Below, piece by piece: positions 61,944-64,000 of a stretch of 64,000 nt of DNA. This DNA is from a virus, in the IMG/VR virus record IMGVR_UViG_3300045391_000822, positions 1-64,000 of that record, one strand, 5' to 3'. The notes under the pieces were generated by a model. The model was not told where the DNA came from. It saw only the letters and a list, made by a program, of their open reading frames with translations, and did no database searches. A program made the translations under genes and the position numbers. Numbering within the stretch: position 1 is the stretch's first letter; each line of letters starts with the position of its first letter.

Positions 61944-63155
61944 CTAGAACATGCTGTCTATAAGCTTGAGCTTTCTACCGGCAGGTATTATGTACAAGCC
62001 GAATTTCTTACTCAGGTATTGACCGTTTGGGGTTTTCACGAAGCTGAGCTTTTCCAGTTCTTCACACACATCGTCGACACCCTTATCGAGTTCGCATGTT
62101 AAGCAAAGGCTGAGCGTACCAGGAACTAGAGATTCTAGGCCTACGTCTGCTCCGTGAGCAATGAAATGTTCCATTTGGTTAAGCACTTGAAATTTCTGTA
62201 AGCTCTTACCCAGGAACGTAATTACTGTACCGAATCCGGAAGTGGGTTCGCGCACCACTATCGGGAACTCGCCGTTGATCGACATAAAAGCAGCATCGCG
62301 TAGAGTACGTGATAGCCGCCATCCATTTCGCATGATATCGAATTGCCGGTAACCAATTCGAGAAACATCGGACACTACATCACGAACATCGCCAGAACAG
62401 GAAACAGCGTTATCGATATCATTGCGTTTGTAGTCGAACTGTGAAGATCGGTTAAGCTTATCGACGAGCGTATCACTCATCTCACGTGCTTCGTGCCTGT
62501 CTGCGAATGTTTTTGCACTCACCGCACCTGCCATCTCAGGCATCTTCATTTTTGCTTCCTTCTTGAATTTCTCTGTAGACCATCCGCTACCTAGAAGAAC
62601 CAATCGATAACTGGAAAGTCCCTGTTCACGCGGACTTACGTCTTGACCGAGATAGGTAGTATCATAGTCGGTATATTCAATCCAGAACCAATCCCAACGA
62701 TGAGTTAACTTCCACCAAAGTGCGTTAGCAGATGAGCTCTGTTCACCCCCAGACACCAAGCAAACTCCATTACGCAATACCATATCGTACATGGAATAGG
62801 CATAGCCCTGGCCACGGTAAACATTACGAAACATCGTATGGGGCTCTAGCACCTTCTTACCTAAACCAGATGGTTGAAGATCTAGCTTACCTGCTATGAT
62901 TTCCTCGTCAACGTCGTAAAGATATGCAGTAGCCCCATAGCCGTCTTGAGAGGTTAAGATGACTAGGTTAGATTCATCGGTATGTATCGCATGACGTAAT
63001 AGGTCATTGAACATCTGATGAGAGTGCATCCTGGTAAGGTCCTCGTCAAGACGTTTGTTAACCTGTGAATCAGAAATCTTCACAGATAACTTTATTGCCT
63101 CCAGAGGACCTTCCTTGTGGTCTGCTAGACGTCGTTTCTTATCGATGTCTCGCAT
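61944..63155 (-). CDS. hypothetical protein with GNAT-like acetyl-CoA motif
   Basis: VYRGQGYAYSMY...LVSGGEQSSSANALWWKL. Confidence 0.55.
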   Translation of the reverse strand: MRDIDKKRRLADHKEGPLEAIKLSVKISDSQVNKRLDEDLTRMHSHQMFNDLLRHAIHTDESNLVILTSQDGYGATAYLYDVDEEIIAGKLDLQPSGLGKKVLEPHTMFRNVYRGQGYAYSMYDMVLRNGVCLVSGGEQSSSANALWWKLTHRWDWFWIEYTDYDTTYLGQDVSPREQGLSSYRLVLLGSGWSTEKFKKEAKMKMPEMAGAVSAKTFADRHEAREMSDTLVDKLNRSSQFDYKRNDIDNAVSCSGDVRDVVSDVSRIGYRQFDIMRNGWRLSRTLRDAAFMSINGEFPIVVREPTSGFGTVITFLGKSLQKFQVLNQMEHFIAHGADVGLESLVPGTLSLCLTCELDKGVDDVCEELEKLSFVKTPNGQYLSKKFGLYIIPAGRKLKLIDSMF

Positions 63156-63187
63156 AATCAGCCTCGCTAGATTTTGTCTCTTCTACC

Positions 63188-63216
63188 AAGTGGGTGGAGG
63201 ATTCCTCCACCCACTT
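63188..63216 (-). terminator. 13-bp hairpin right after sheath stop codon
   Basis: aagtgggtggagg-att-cctccacccactt. Confidence 0.5.
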
Positions 63217-63219
63217 AGG

Positions 63220-63999
63220 TTAACCGCCGTAGAGCTGAGTGACCGTTTCTTGGAACGACACACCTTGCTTGCTGATTACGACGTCGATTTGCAGTTCATG
63301 AACAGGAATCACAGGAATCAGGATAACCGTGCAACGCAGAACGCCGCTGTTTGCATCAGCAGCACTGTTGTTACTAGCATCCGCGATCACGCTGTAGCTG
63401 TTCAGGGCACGTGCATTCTGGAGGGTGTCCAGATAATCGCTGAACGATCGAACCATCTGACGACGCGTGAAGTCATCATTCGGTTCCTGTAGAACGTAGA
63501 GACCGAATTGGTACAGGGATACCTTGATGACGTTCACGATACGGCGAACAGACAACCACGATAATGCGCTGGCTTTCGCCTGCATCGTCTGTTGTTCCCA
63601 CAGTGCAATGCCTTGGCCAACGAACGTACGGGTGTAGTTCACCTGGGCCTTGAACATAGCACTCGCTTCGCCGTCATCGTAGGAGAAGCGTGTCTTCAAC
63701 ACGTTCACTAGACCACGATTCAGGCCAGCGATAGAGAACGACGGGTTCGCTACACGATCAGTACGAGCACACAATGCAGCAGCCCATCCGGAGAATGGGA
63801 CATACTGTTGCTTGCCGTTGATGTTGTCCGATTCCAACATGTCCGGGCAGAACAATGCAGAATACGAGCTGTTCAGGTTCAACGTCAGATTGCGATAGTT
63901 AATCGCTTGCTGGAATTGTTGGCTGTTCGAAGGAACGTCCAACAGTGCTACCGCGTCACCACGGGACTGTGCAAGCGAATCCATAGCTTGCTGAACCGT
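63220..63999 (-). CDS. contractile tail sheath protein, C-terminal part (runs off window)
   Basis: VPFSGWAAALCARTD, AGLNRG, LSVRR, EPND, NN..D, I.LIP motifs; frame open to window edge. Confidence 0.88.
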   Translation of the reverse strand, partial: TVQQAMDSLAQSRGDAVALLDVPSNSQQFQQAINYRNLTLNLNSSYSALFCPDMLESDNINGKQQYVPFSGWAAALCARTDRVANPSFSIAGLNRGLVNVLKTRFSYDDGEASAMFKAQVNYTRTFVGQGIALWEQQTMQAKASALSWLSVRRIVNVIKVSLYQFGLYVLQEPNDDFTRRQMVRSFSDYLDTLQNARALNSYSVIADASNNSAADANSGVLRCTVILIPVIPVHELQIDVVISKQGVSFQETVTQLYGG

Positions 64000-64000
64000 A

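Noticed and set aside
1-64000. Stop-codon recoding
   Set aside because: Recognisable genes are full length under the standard code, TAG and TGA end genes normally, and no suppressor tRNA was found.

Overview
This 64-kb window looks like part of a large (jumbo-type) contractile-tailed phage genome. About 60 kb of densely packed + strand genes run head-on into a - strand tail module (tail sheath C-terminus, tail tube). Recognisable proteins: two-subunit type IIA topoisomerase, type IB topoisomerase, NAD-dependent DNA ligase, an adjacent Prs-like + NAMPT-like pair (NARP1-type NAD+ reconstitution layout), two Nudix hydrolases, a TAXI solute-binding protein, YqeY, a PC4-like protein, acyl carrier protein, thioredoxin, HNH and GIY-YIG nucleases, several histone-like Lys-rich proteins, and Ro60/TROVE. 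The most notable part is a ~10-kb RNA island (45.6-55.8 kb). It holds 19 of the window's 21 tRNA genes, an ORF-less 703-nt group I intron in the tRNA-Leu(UAA) anticodon, and a circularly permuted (two-piece) tmRNA with tag ANDSIFEQRLAA. It also holds six different Y RNA-like tRNA mimics directly upstream of Ro60 and several orphan structured RNAs, two of which share an acceptor-stem + T-arm-like 3' end. Other items of interest: a stand-alone, apparently catalytically dead Hint (intein-like) protein coupled to gyrB, an Acb1-like 2H protein missing one HxT motif, and three repeated cis-motifs. All calls were made by eye; no database searches or folding software were run.
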